Shown here piece after piece: positions 26,477 through 35,850 of a stretch of 64,000 nt of DNA (positions within the stretch are counted from its first letter, which is position 1; each line of letters begins with the position of its first letter). The notes under the pieces are model-generated. The model was not told where the DNA came from, made no database searches, and worked only from the letters and a program-made list of their open reading frames with translations. A program made the position numbers and the translations under genes. The stretch is from a virus. The stretch lies in the IMG/VR virus record IMGVR_UViG_3300031857_000027; one strand, given 5' to 3'.

Positions 26477-28144
26477 TTATCTGCGTCTATTATTTATACT
26501 GACAACCGATTTACTTACTTCATCATCTAAACCAGGTGTCAATGACTCTTCTTCTTCGGCATTTTCTACCGTATTATCTTCTGGCTCTGCTTGTGGTTCA
26601 GCACCTTGTGGTGGTCCACCTAAAACAGGACCTTGCATGTCATCAGGCAATGTGTCTTTTTCTTTTTGAATCTCTTCCTGCATTGCTTCAATTTCTTCAT
26701 CCGTCATCATGAGAATCTTATTCATCACATAATTGTTAGAGAAGTAACGACCAACAAATGGATCAACTTGACTTACCATTTGCAATCTATTTTGTAGCAA
26801 CTCTGCTTCACGCAGTTCGGTAAAGTTATTGTCTTTACGGAAGTCGTAGTAGATGTCTTCTTTGAATTTATCCCACTCTTCACGTGTACAAATACCTTTG
26901 AGTACCAGTTGTACTTTCAATGCTTCGTCAAAGATTTGTGAGAATTTATTACGCAGACGAATGACAAACTTGGCAAACTTTAATTCATCACGGGTAACTT
27001 CTTGTGAACGACCAAGACCTGCTAACCCACCTTCTTGTGATTCAAGTCTTGAATATGGTACGTTTAGAGATTGTAAAAGTTTCTTTTGAAAATATTTTAC
27101 GTCTTCTAGTTCACCTAAGTTTTGACCAGCAGGCAATGTAGTAATCTCTGTACCCTTACCACCTTCACGGCGTGGCAGCCAGAAGTCTTCAAGCATTGAC
27201 ATGTGCTTACGTTCGTCACGAATTTCACCTGTGTTGGCATCGTAAACTAATTTGTTACGGTACTTGATCATGATGTCACGCAGATATTGTTCTGCTTTAC
27301 CACGTGGTAAGTTACCAACGTCAATGTAGAAAATACGGCGTTCTGGCGCTCTTGAAATACGGTAGATAACAATCGCATCTTCAATCATACGCAACTGATT
27401 GAGTGGCTTGATTGCTTTGTGTAGATATGAAATAACAAATGTATTCTTAGCATCCATCAAACCAGAATTCACATTGATGATAGCATCTGGTGCAATACGA
27501 ATACCTTGACCTACGTTTGATGTAAATGTCTGTGTCGTGGTACCACGATCATTGTAGACATAGTATTCAGCAACCGATACAACAACCATTGCTCCTGTTT
27601 TTGGATCACGGTCTTTCTTAATCTCACGCACTTTACGAATCTTGCGTGGATCAATGTATCTAAGTTCTTGAATACCTTCTTTAGGATTCTTATCGTTGAC
27701 TACGATATGATAAAAAACACGGCCATCAATATACCAACGTTTGAAAACATCATCGGCCAAATTACTAAAGTTCAACATCTTCAATACATTGTTGAACTCT
27801 TCAATAATTTTCTTTTTGATTGTTTCAGGTTGTTTTAGATTGTCAAGCACGATGTCAACTACTTTACCCTGATCATCATGTGTGATGGCTTCATTGACGA
27901 TTTCATCAATTGCCATTTGACATTCTGGGTGATTTGACATCTCACGATATCGTGTGATAAGTTCTATTTCGTTGCGAACAGAACCTTCAAGATCAACATA
28001 TGTACCGTAATACGCATTTTGCGTAACGGTAACCGCACCATCATCTACGGTTGCGGAAGGCAGCGCAAAGGATGCCTGCTCAGGCTTTTCAGCCTTGACG
28101 ACATCCTTCGAGCCTATTGTAAAGCCGAAAAGTTTAATTGCCAT
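26477..28144 (-). CDS. gp20: Portal protein
   Basis: LFGF, YRISRAPERRIFYIDVGNLP and EDFWLPRREGGKGTEITTLP. Confidence 0.98.
   Translation of the reverse strand: MAIKLFGFTIGSKDVVKAEKPEQASFALPSATVDDGAVTVTQNAYYGTYVDLEGSVRNEIELITRYREMSNHPECQMAIDEIVNEAITHDDQGKVVDIVLDNLKQPETIKKKIIEEFNNVLKMLNFSNLADDVFKRWYIDGRVFYHIVVNDKNPKEGIQELRYIDPRKIRKVREIKKDRDPKTGAMVVVSVAEYYVYNDRGTTTQTFTSNVGQGIRIAPDAIINVNSGLMDAKNTFVISYLHKAIKPLNQLRMIEDAIVIYRISRAPERRIFYIDVGNLPRGKAEQYLRDIMIKYRNKLVYDANTGEIRDERKHMSMLEDFWLPRREGGKGTEITTLPAGQNLGELEDVKYFQKKLLQSLNVPYSRLESQEGGLAGLGRSQEVTRDELKFAKFVIRLRNKFSQIFDEALKVQLVLKGICTREEWDKFKEDIYYDFRKDNNFTELREAELLQNRLQMVSQVDPFVGRYFSNNYVMNKILMMTDEEIEAMQEEIQKEKDTLPDDMQGPVLGGPPQGAEPQAEPEDNTVENAEEEESLTPGLDDEVSKSVVSINNRRR
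26491..26498 (-). promoter_or_regulatory. Late promoter (gp67-like gene)
   Basis: TATAAATA at the end of gp20. Confidence 0.75.
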
Positions 28145-28162
28145 TAAAAATCATCCTATATT

Positions 28163-28186
28163 AAAAAGTAGGGCAAATGCCCTACT
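28163..28186 (-). terminator. Terminator after the tail tube gene
   Basis: AGTAGGGC-ATTT-GCCCTACT followed by TTTT. Confidence 0.75.
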
Positions 28187-28187
28187 C

Positions 28188-28733
28188 TTAGACCACACCG
28201 TCTGCAACTGCTTCCCACCACTGGTAGGTTAGCGTTACAGAAAACTCTTCAATCGTATCATTTGAACCCCAATCAACATCAATTGGAGTGATGTCAGAAG
28301 GGAACATTCCTACAAATTTATATTTTTTGATAGTATTACCCGCTTTACCAAATTGCGTAACTTCACCATCTTGTGTGTAGCCTAATGGTGTAGTTGCAAC
28401 TGGATTGCGAACGTTTAGATTGTGGCTATTGATGCCATTCATCCAACGTTCAAATGCATTGCGAACAATAAAGTCTTCATCGTTGATGATTGTTACTGTC
28501 CAATCAGCAAAAGTACGATTACCCACAAACTTTAATTCACGGCCAAAGTATTGTACAGGTACAACACCCAGAGTTGAACCTGGAAGTTGTGCTGTCTTAC
28601 ACATGAACGTCATTTTTGTTTGTGCGTTTCCTGGTATTGAGAACGCAGGAAACGGCATACTTACCTCAAATAGATTTGGGCGGGCACCGTCACCTGTTAA
28701 TTGTGAACGGAACTGATTTACGTTAAATGCCAT
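28188..28733 (-). CDS. gp19: Tail tube protein
   Basis: GARPNLFEV, GR.LK..G.RTF.DWTVTIINDEDF and IEEFSVT. Confidence 0.96.
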   Translation of the reverse strand: MAFNVNQFRSQLTGDGARPNLFEVSMPFPAFSIPGNAQTKMTFMCKTAQLPGSTLGVVPVQYFGRELKFVGNRTFADWTVTIINDEDFIVRNAFERWMNGINSHNLNVRNPVATTPLGYTQDGEVTQFGKAGNTIKKYKFVGMFPSDITPIDVDWGSNDTIEEFSVTLTYQWWEAVADGVV

Positions 28734-28759
28734 TTAATTTTCTCCTGTTTCTCTTTTAT

Positions 28760-30448
28760 TTAGACTGAACCTACTACCTCATTGAAACTTACACCTGTGC
28801 GTACTGCCACGAAGTTAAGTTGAATGAAGTTGATAGAACGAGCAGGTTTGATGTAAATGTCACCAACAAATTCATTACGGTCAATAATTTCTGCTGTGTT
28901 ATTAGTGTCATCGCAGACTACACGGAAGTCTGTGATACCACGACGACCTTGAACATCACGCAGGTAGGGTTCTACAAGAGCGACAAACTGGGCACGTGTG
29001 AACTGATCGTTGAATTCAAACAGAGAGAAACGTGCTGCACGTGCAATTGCTTTTTCAATTGTGATAAACAAACGACGAACATTAATGCGGTCAAATGCGC
29101 TTGGTTTTGCAAGCATTGTTTTGTCACCATACAGAACAGTACCTTCACCTGGGAAAGAAACAACAGGGTTAATGCCTTTTAGATACAGTGTATCACGTTC
29201 TGCTTTAGTTGGATTCCAAGCAAGTTTGATTACATTTTTGATTTGACCACGATTCATACCACCAGGTGAGAACCAAGGGTCACGTTCGTTATCTGTACGT
29301 ACACACAGACCGGCAATATCACCGTTCAATGGAATCCAACGGTAAACATCGTTGTACTTGTCGTATTGATATTTGTATCCAGAATCAATTACTGCATATG
29401 AAGATGATGTCAATGCATCACGGAATGCTGTAACATCGGTTGCTTCAGTTCCGGCATTATCAACAACGTCTGCTTTTTCTGGTGAAATGAATGCAACACA
29501 GTCTTTACGAGTTTCTGCAACATTGCTAATAACATGTGTAGCAATTGTGCTGTTACCTGTACCAGTTACGAGCAATGATACATCAACTGCTTCAGCATTC
29601 TTAAACAGGTCCCAACCAGAAGTGATTTGTGATGAACCTACTGAGCCATCTGCACCATTTGAGAACGAGTATTCTACATTTGCTGTTGTTGTTTTGAATG
29701 CCGATGCGTTAGCAGTAGAACCCCATGCAGTACCAGAACTCAGATTTGCTGTTGCTGGATGTGCAACCCACCATACATATTTTGATTTATTTGAAATAAC
29801 ATTCTTATAGTAGTTGCTATTACCCGAATCATCTTTAGCATCTGATGCTTTTGAAACGAATGCGTATTTTTCAAGAACTGTACCTGCTGTACCTGACCAC
29901 AAACCATCTTCGTCAACGACAACAATATGAACTTCGTCGTTTGCACCACCACGGCTTGCAACGTATGATGATGTTCCAGTGTTTGCGTTAAATTGTGAGC
30001 GATATGGCCATGTTGCAAATGTTCCCAAGTCTGCCACGGAAACTTTTAATGAGTTGCCTAATGCACCAGGGAATTTTGCTGCCCAACCACCGTATGCACC
30101 ATCGGCATACCCGCTGTGATTGTCTGTCCAGTCGTCTTCGTTTCTGATTACTAAAGCACCACCATTTGCAGTAGCGTTGTTAGCACCACCTGGTGTGGCA
30201 CGAACGATTTTTAGATTGTTACCATATGCTAGGAAGTTCGCTGCGGAGAACCAATATTCATAATTTACGCTATCTGGTTTACCGAATGTGTCCACTAGAC
30301 GAACTTCATCGGAAATAGTTGTGACTACACCACATGGTCCCCAATTAAAAGGTCCTGCAAAAGCGCCAGTAGAAGTGGCAACTGAAGGAATAACTGTAGT
30401 CAGATCGATCTCTGATACATTCACTCCAGGTGATAATTGAAATGCCAT
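28760..30448 (-). CDS. gp18: Tail sheath protein
   Basis: SPGV...EIDLT, PWFSPGG.NRG, RINVRRLF and IKPARSINFI.LNFVA. Confidence 0.97.
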   Translation of the reverse strand: MAFQLSPGVNVSEIDLTTVIPSVATSTGAFAGPFNWGPCGVVTTISDEVRLVDTFGKPDSVNYEYWFSAANFLAYGNNLKIVRATPGGANNATANGGALVIRNEDDWTDNHSGYADGAYGGWAAKFPGALGNSLKVSVADLGTFATWPYRSQFNANTGTSSYVASRGGANDEVHIVVVDEDGLWSGTAGTVLEKYAFVSKASDAKDDSGNSNYYKNVISNKSKYVWWVAHPATANLSSGTAWGSTANASAFKTTTANVEYSFSNGADGSVGSSQITSGWDLFKNAEAVDVSLLVTGTGNSTIATHVISNVAETRKDCVAFISPEKADVVDNAGTEATDVTAFRDALTSSSYAVIDSGYKYQYDKYNDVYRWIPLNGDIAGLCVRTDNERDPWFSPGGMNRGQIKNVIKLAWNPTKAERDTLYLKGINPVVSFPGEGTVLYGDKTMLAKPSAFDRINVRRLFITIEKAIARAARFSLFEFNDQFTRAQFVALVEPYLRDVQGRRGITDFRVVCDDTNNTAEIIDRNEFVGDIYIKPARSINFIQLNFVAVRTGVSFNEVVGSV

Positions 30449-30492
30449 TGGATTTCTCCTTTTATTGTTGGGTCAATATTCTTTTTATTGTC

Positions 30493-30500
30493 TATTTAGT
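30493..30500 (-). promoter_or_regulatory. Late promoter (gp18)
   Basis: ACTAAATA. Related NNTAAATA boxes also occur at about 23033, 28757, 35843, 39561, 45954, 46451, 50407, 52539 and 61502, each just upstream of a structural gene. Confidence 0.6.
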
Positions 30501-30503
30501 TTT

Positions 30504-32135
30504 TTACAAACTTGATGATAAATAACCCGCTGGTGGCTCCCACATGTCTCCATCTTCCACTTCCATCTCTCTACGCAGTCCGTCTTCAATAAAACCGAAC
30601 GGCAGCATACTTTCTTCTCCCAAAATGTTCTGTTCTTCTAGCATAATCTTACGAATGTCAATTCTTGTTTCGTCTTTGAAGAAAGTCTGTGCTGTCAGCC
30701 AAGCATAAAGCACTAAACCCATTACGATATCGTCATTGTTACCTTCTTCGGCTGCATAGGTATCTCTTGTACGAACAAAAGTATTCAGTTCTGCGATGGT
30801 ATCAAAGTCGTTGATAATGAGTTTGTCGTTCTCAATCAGCGTTTTCAAGTTAGCACAACCAATTTTCTTGACTGATTTGGTCGTCTTTACACCAAAAGCA
30901 ACTGAGCGTTTGAAACCAGCGGAGATGCTCTGACCTTTGATGTGATGATGTTCTAACTTATAGATGTTCTCGTATTCTAAGTCATAATGCAGAATATCTA
31001 CCACTTGCTGACCCACATTGTTGGTTTCAATTAGCACATAAGCCTGATTGTAACGGTTTGCTAAAGCATAAATTGCTGTAGGTAAGAACAATAGCGGCAA
31101 TTTATTGTTGCGGTATCGTGCAACTTGTTTATACGGTGCTTCTGTAGCATCCAAAACATTGATGGTGTGATAGTCCATACCAACACCCTCTGAACAATCC
31201 ACTGTAGCAATGTATATTCTACCTGGTCGTGGGTCTTCATACACAAACAAGTGGCCATCGTCTTCAATACGCATTGGATCATAGAACGCCAATGAGCGCA
31301 ATTTAGAACCAGAAATCAATGTTGCTGAAGAACCAATAAATTCTGTCTCAAACTCTTGACGGAATTGTTCTTCAGAAGTATTTCGTATCGTTTCTTCTTT
31401 CCACTTTTCATCACGACCTGGCACCATTGACCAGTGGATTTCTAGTGTTTTGTAAGTTGAACGTTTTTCAATCGCATCTGTCCACATCTTATAGAACAGA
31501 TTCAAGCCGTTTGGCGTAGAAACAATAATTACTTTAGATGTCTTACCAGATGAAATAACAGGGTAAGTAGAAGTAAAAAAGTCTACTGCCATGTTGTGCG
31601 GCACAAATGCGAATTCATCAAGGAAGATTAGATTGTATGAACCACCTCGGACACCTGCTGCTGATGTTGCATACGCATAAATCTTTGAACCGTTCTCTAA
31701 TTCAATTGATCGTTTATTCCAGTTGATGATACCTTGCTGAAGCCACATGGGTAAATACTCATAGGCTTTCTGTATCTTGGCTAGAATGTCTTGTGCAAGT
31801 TGAAGTTTGTTGGCAAGAATACCAATAACAAATTCTTCGTTGAACAGTGCAGACCACAGCATGTAACCAACAGTCGTGGTTGTTTTACCAACCTGTCGTG
31901 GCATCTTTGCAATGACAAAACGATTGTTATGAAATTGATTGACCATTTCTTCCTGAAATGGCCACATCTCAAAAGGAACAAGACCTTTATCTACGTTGAC
32001 AATCTTAACGTAGGTACGAATAAAATACACCGGATCTTCGGTGCATTTTACAATCTCTTTTAGTTGCTCTTCAGTGTAGGATATTTCAACACCGACTCGT
32101 TTGAGCCGTGCATTACCAAGGTACCCGTCATCCAT
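30504..32135 (-). CDS. gp17: Terminase large subunit
   Basis: YLGN..LK, PRQVGKTT, IFLDEFAF, STPNG, F.QEF and DDIVM. Confidence 0.97.
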   Translation of the reverse strand: MDDGYLGNARLKRVGVEISYTEEQLKEIVKCTEDPVYFIRTYVKIVNVDKGLVPFEMWPFQEEMVNQFHNNRFVIAKMPRQVGKTTTTVGYMLWSALFNEEFVIGILANKLQLAQDILAKIQKAYEYLPMWLQQGIINWNKRSIELENGSKIYAYATSAAGVRGGSYNLIFLDEFAFVPHNMAVDFFTSTYPVISSGKTSKVIIVSTPNGLNLFYKMWTDAIEKRSTYKTLEIHWSMVPGRDEKWKEETIRNTSEEQFRQEFETEFIGSSATLISGSKLRSLAFYDPMRIEDDGHLFVYEDPRPGRIYIATVDCSEGVGMDYHTINVLDATEAPYKQVARYRNNKLPLLFLPTAIYALANRYNQAYVLIETNNVGQQVVDILHYDLEYENIYKLEHHHIKGQSISAGFKRSVAFGVKTTKSVKKIGCANLKTLIENDKLIINDFDTIAELNTFVRTRDTYAAEEGNNDDIVMGLVLYAWLTAQTFFKDETRIDIRKIMLEEQNILGEESMLPFGFIEDGLRREMEVEDGDMWEPPAGYLSSSL

Positions 32136-32138
32136 AAT

Positions 32139-32573
32139 TTATCGTGTAAAACTCTTCAGCATCCAACCATGTTTTTGATGAGCATCTAAAATGTCTTGTA
32201 AGAAGTTACCTACAGCAGGTTCGTCAGCAGCGTCAGCAATTGCAATACCAGCACGTAGTTCCATAATGAACTTATCATTATCGGCAGCAAGTTCGGACAT
32301 CATGATAAGCGGTGAAGGAATAGCAACGATGTCTTGCACCTTTGATAGTTCCATCATTCTTGCCAAAGTTGTAGGAGCATATGAATTTAAAGCACGAATG
32401 TGTTCGGCAATCGGATCGGTCTGATCAAACACTGCTTCATAAAAGTCTCCTAAGAAACCATGATACTGTGCAAAGTCAGGACCTTCTACATTCCAATGGA
32501 AGGTGTGTGCTTTGAAGTACAAACCAAAGTTTGTACCCAAAATAACCTTCATCTGTTCGATTAGTTGTTCCAT
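32139..32573 (-). CDS. dps: Dps / ferritin-like DNA-protection protein
   Basis: HTFHWNVEG, H..LGDFYE, D.IAEHIRAL and HQKHGWML. Confidence 0.92.
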   Translation of the reverse strand: MEQLIEQMKVILGTNFGLYFKAHTFHWNVEGPDFAQYHGFLGDFYEAVFDQTDPIAEHIRALNSYAPTTLARMMELSKVQDIVAIPSPLIMMSELAADNDKFIMELRAGIAIADAADEPAVGNFLQDILDAHQKHGWMLKSFTR

Positions 32574-32577
32574 AATT

Positions 32578-32979
32578 TTATTTATTTCCTTTAATCATTT
32601 TGAGTAATTCGTTGGTGGAGCCAACAAACACTGCTTTATCTATGTTGACTCCTTTTGCGGATTCAGATTGGGGTGCAAGCTCTCTTTTCCGTTTCTGAAG
32701 TTCCAACAAATCTTTGTTCATCTCAGCCAGATTTTTCATCATTGTGGCTAAGACTTCATATGCTCTTGGTGACTCTGATTGATTTGCAACTGATGCCAGT
32801 TCAGTTAATGCTCTATTGCCATTGTCAATTAATGAACGCATGTTTGTGCGGGCAAATTCAGCATCGGCATCAATTTGATTAGCGTTGTCATTTACGGCAA
32901 CAGGCAAAGTTTCAATGAATTTCTCTTCAATGGGTTCCACATCAAAGATTTCAGATAAGTTTTTGTTTAGTTTTTTCAT
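32578..32979 (-). CDS. gp16: Terminase small subunit
   Basis: D.EFAR.N, SPRAYEV and VFVGST.EL.K motifs. Confidence 0.92.
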   Translation of the reverse strand: MKKLNKNLSEIFDVEPIEEKFIETLPVAVNDNANQIDADAEFARTNMRSLIDNGNRALTELASVANQSESPRAYEVLATMMKNLAEMNKDLLELQKRKRELAPQSESAKGVNIDKAVFVGSTNELLKMIKGNK

Positions 32980-33977
32980 GATAAAGTATCAGGCCATTCT
33001 CTAATTGTTTCAATGAATCCAAAATCAGAAGGCGGTGCGGCAGTTGTTGGATTAGGTTCAACTATTACAGCAGCAGCATTAATTGAAGTGCTGTCTAATG
33101 TGGATACATTGTATCTTGCACCAGAGTAATCACCTGTAAGTGTGTATCCTGGTTTAATGTATTCATTGCCTCCAGTAATTACAAGTGTACCGAGTGAAGT
33201 GTTACTGAAGTATTCTACCGTACCAAAGAATCCATTTGCACTGTCACGAATCGTTTCACCGGTAGTAAACACATTGTTACCATTTGCATAGTCAACATAG
33301 ACCTTCTGTATTTGTTTAGATGTGAGGTCAATGTTGATGTTTGTGTTGGCTTGATTAATAAGTTTGCCAGTTTTAACTGGTGGCCAAATGAAACTCTTAG
33401 CAGTGAATGTTAAGTCCCAAATAATGATTCTTGTTGTGCCGTCACCCATGCCACCTTCATACTCAACGGTAGATGCGACAGAATTCAATATGATAGGCAC
33501 CGTATACTTCTGTCCCATTTGAGGAATAAAATCTACTACAACACTAAAATCTGGTGTGAAGAATGGTAAAATTTGTTCCAGTATTTGTGTGCCGTCTTCT
33601 GTATTACGAACATAGATAGACAAACTAAATTCATAGTTGTATGGCACAGGCAAATACTGTGTTGCAACACCGGTGTTTGTAACAGCAGCAAAATTTTGTA
33701 ATGTAGAAATCTGTTTGCGACTTGCATCATACTCAAGACTGTCAAGATTAAATGACATTCTTGGTATAACAGAGTTAACCGACTTAACTAAATTTGGATC
33801 AGAAGTAATCTGTGTCAGATATCTTTCTTTTGGTCCATAAGACAATGGTACTTTAAGTTTTTCTTTTGGATTACCTGCTTGTGTGTAACGAACAATCTCA
33901 AGGTCGTTAAACATTGTACCAAACACAACGACCATCTTACGAATGGTGCGGTGATAAAATTGTGCATTACCTAACAT
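32976..33977 (-). CDS. gp15: Tail sheath stabilizer / terminator
   Basis: FYH.TIRK.VVVFGT.FN, VPL.YGPKE, PRMSF and QILEQILPFF.P. Confidence 0.93.
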   Translation of the reverse strand: MLGNAQFYHRTIRKMVVVFGTMFNDLEIVRYTQAGNPKEKLKVPLSYGPKERYLTQITSDPNLVKSVNSVIPRMSFNLDSLEYDASRKQISTLQNFAAVTNTGVATQYLPVPYNYEFSLSIYVRNTEDGTQILEQILPFFTPDFSVVVDFIPQMGQKYTVPIILNSVASTVEYEGGMGDGTTRIIIWDLTFTAKSFIWPPVKTGKLINQANTNINIDLTSKQIQKVYVDYANGNNVFTTGETIRDSANGFFGTVEYFSNTSLGTLVITGGNEYIKPGYTLTGDYSGARYNVSTLDSTSINAAAVIVEPNPTTAAPPSDFGFIETIREWPDTLS

Positions 33978-34882
33978 TACGGTTCTCCAAACGGATTAAC
34001 TTCCGTAAAGTCAATGATACCATCACTTGCTGCTTCAATACGAGCGTTGTCAATGATGTCTTCAAATGGTGTATTTTGTGTTGGTGCATCAGACGCTAGT
34101 GTTACTGTCCACTGTGCGCTGCTTGTGTTACCGTGTACGTTCGCTGATGATGTGAAATCACCTTGCATACGGTAGACATCAATATATGCATTTGGTTGAA
34201 AGTCATAAACTAATGCTTGTGCTGTAGAAGTTGATAGTGATGAACCTTGATATACAATTTCATCATTTAAGAATTTACCTGAACCTGAACCTAATGAGAT
34301 ACGAAGTTTGGGATAGTAATTACGAATGTTTCCATCAATTTCATCAATACCAGTTTCAATGATCTCACTTGAGAAATAAAACTGTTTCATTTTCAAAGCA
34401 TACACATACACATTACCACCACGACCACGACCTAATGTATAAAACATTGCTTGATCGTTCTCTGATTCTACACTAGTAATCTCAAAGAAACTTGTGGTCA
34501 TTGGTATATAAATCAAATCACCTTCAAGAGGTCTTGTCAGACCATTGACTGCATATCTAAATCTCAGTCGTGAGACAAGCAATGTTGCTTCGTCACGAAT
34601 CTCTAAACCAAACTTAGATATAAAGTCTTGATCACCATCAAAACCATTTACATTTTCCAAATACATTTCAATTGGATGTGCAGTGCGATATTCTTTGAGA
34701 ACATCTTCACCAAACAGATAGTCTACTTGATCACGTGTTGTGCGTGGTAGATAATAAACATCCAAGCCATAAATCTTGAGTGCTTCAATAACAAGATTTT
34801 CAACCAATAGTTGTTCAGGGGTGATGACATTGCCACCACCCAACTTTGACGGGAAATTATTGAAATAAAAATTAGTAGTCAT
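33977..34882 (-). CDS. gp14: Neck protein
   Basis: EQ.L.E.LV.E..KIYG.DVYYLPR, SKFGLEIRD, P.EGDLIY.P and DFTE.NPFG. Confidence 0.93.
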   Translation of the reverse strand: MTTNFYFNNFPSKLGGGNVITPEQLLVENLVIEALKIYGLDVYYLPRTTRDQVDYLFGEDVLKEYRTAHPIEMYLENVNGFDGDQDFISKFGLEIRDEATLLVSRLRFRYAVNGLTRPLEGDLIYIPMTTSFFEITSVESENDQAMFYTLGRGRGGNVYVYALKMKQFYFSSEIIETGIDEIDGNIRNYYPKLRISLGSGSGKFLNDEIVYQGSSLSTSTAQALVYDFQPNAYIDVYRMQGDFTSSANVHGNTSSAQWTVTLASDAPTQNTPFEDIIDNARIEAASDGIIDFTEVNPFGEP

Positions 34883-35835
34883 TAGCCTGTAAAGATTTCT
34901 GACGGCAGTGAACCCATCATGTAAATCTGTTCTTCCATTTCTTTAATTTCTTCCGACGCTTCATCGTAAATCTTTTGACCATTCAGTGTCACACCACCAG
35001 GCATTTGAATGCCTTCAAACTTTTTGAGGTTGTTGCCCCATTGTTGTTTGATTTTTGCTGTGGCTAACTGCTTCAGAAAACGGTCATTCCATACATCAGT
35101 TGTGCCTTCAATTTGAATAGCCGAATTATTGTGTGTTGTTGATGGCGGACCAATCAGTGTTAGGCTTGTTGGTGACTCAATATTGCCAACTTGTTTTGAC
35201 TCTCCACCAATTGTAATGAAATCAAACGGCACGATTTCTTGGTCAAACTTTGTGCCGTAACCAATTATTGTGTTTGATGATGGTGAACCCGTTACTGTAC
35301 CCGTCAATACAACCGTTTCAGGCTGAACTGTACGATAGCACTCAACTACAACCCAATCACCAGGTTGTACATCCCTAGTCCAATCAATATCTAAGAACAC
35401 TTTATTTTGATGACGGTTAAATCTGAATTGAGGTGTACCAGAAAATAATAAGTTCAGTGTGCGTAAATGCTGCATCGTGATTTCATATGACACATATGAT
35501 ACAGATGTAAAGTCGTAAAGATCGTGCAGACGCAACTGATAACGCAAGTCAAACATGTTGATTGATGCGTTTGATTGGTCAAACGGAAAAATACCTGTGA
35601 CAAACTGTACCGCATCTGGACAATAAATCCATTTGCGATTAATATCTTCTTGTGTAATCTGATGCTTCATGAACAGTTTTTCTGTTCCATCGTAATGATA
35701 GTCACGCCAAAAACCGAGTGCGTCATCAATACGATCATCAACTTGATCATCATCTACGTTAATTTCAATGACTGGCCAACCAAGTCGGCGTAAGCAGTAG
35801 TCTTTGAACTGTTGTCTTGTGTTTATAGTTGCCAT
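34882..35835 (-). CDS. gp13: Neck protein
   Basis: YCLRRLG.PVIEINVDDDQ and KQQWG.NL.KF.G..MPGGVTLNG. Confidence 0.95.
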   Translation of the reverse strand: MATINTRQQFKDYCLRRLGWPVIEINVDDDQVDDRIDDALGFWRDYHYDGTEKLFMKHQITQEDINRKWIYCPDAVQFVTGIFPFDQSNASINMFDLRYQLRLHDLYDFTSVSYVSYEITMQHLRTLNLLFSGTPQFRFNRHQNKVFLDIDWTRDVQPGDWVVVECYRTVQPETVVLTGTVTGSPSSNTIIGYGTKFDQEIVPFDFITIGGESKQVGNIESPTSLTLIGPPSTTHNNSAIQIEGTTDVWNDRFLKQLATAKIKQQWGNNLKKFEGIQMPGGVTLNGQKIYDEASEEIKEMEEQIYMMGSLPSEIFTG

Positions 35836-35850
35836 AGTTGTTTATTTATT

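Noticed and set aside
9635-32135. Introns or inteins in gp46, uvsW, gp23, gp20 and gp17
   Set aside because: Lengths are normal, frames are continuous and no intein motifs were seen.
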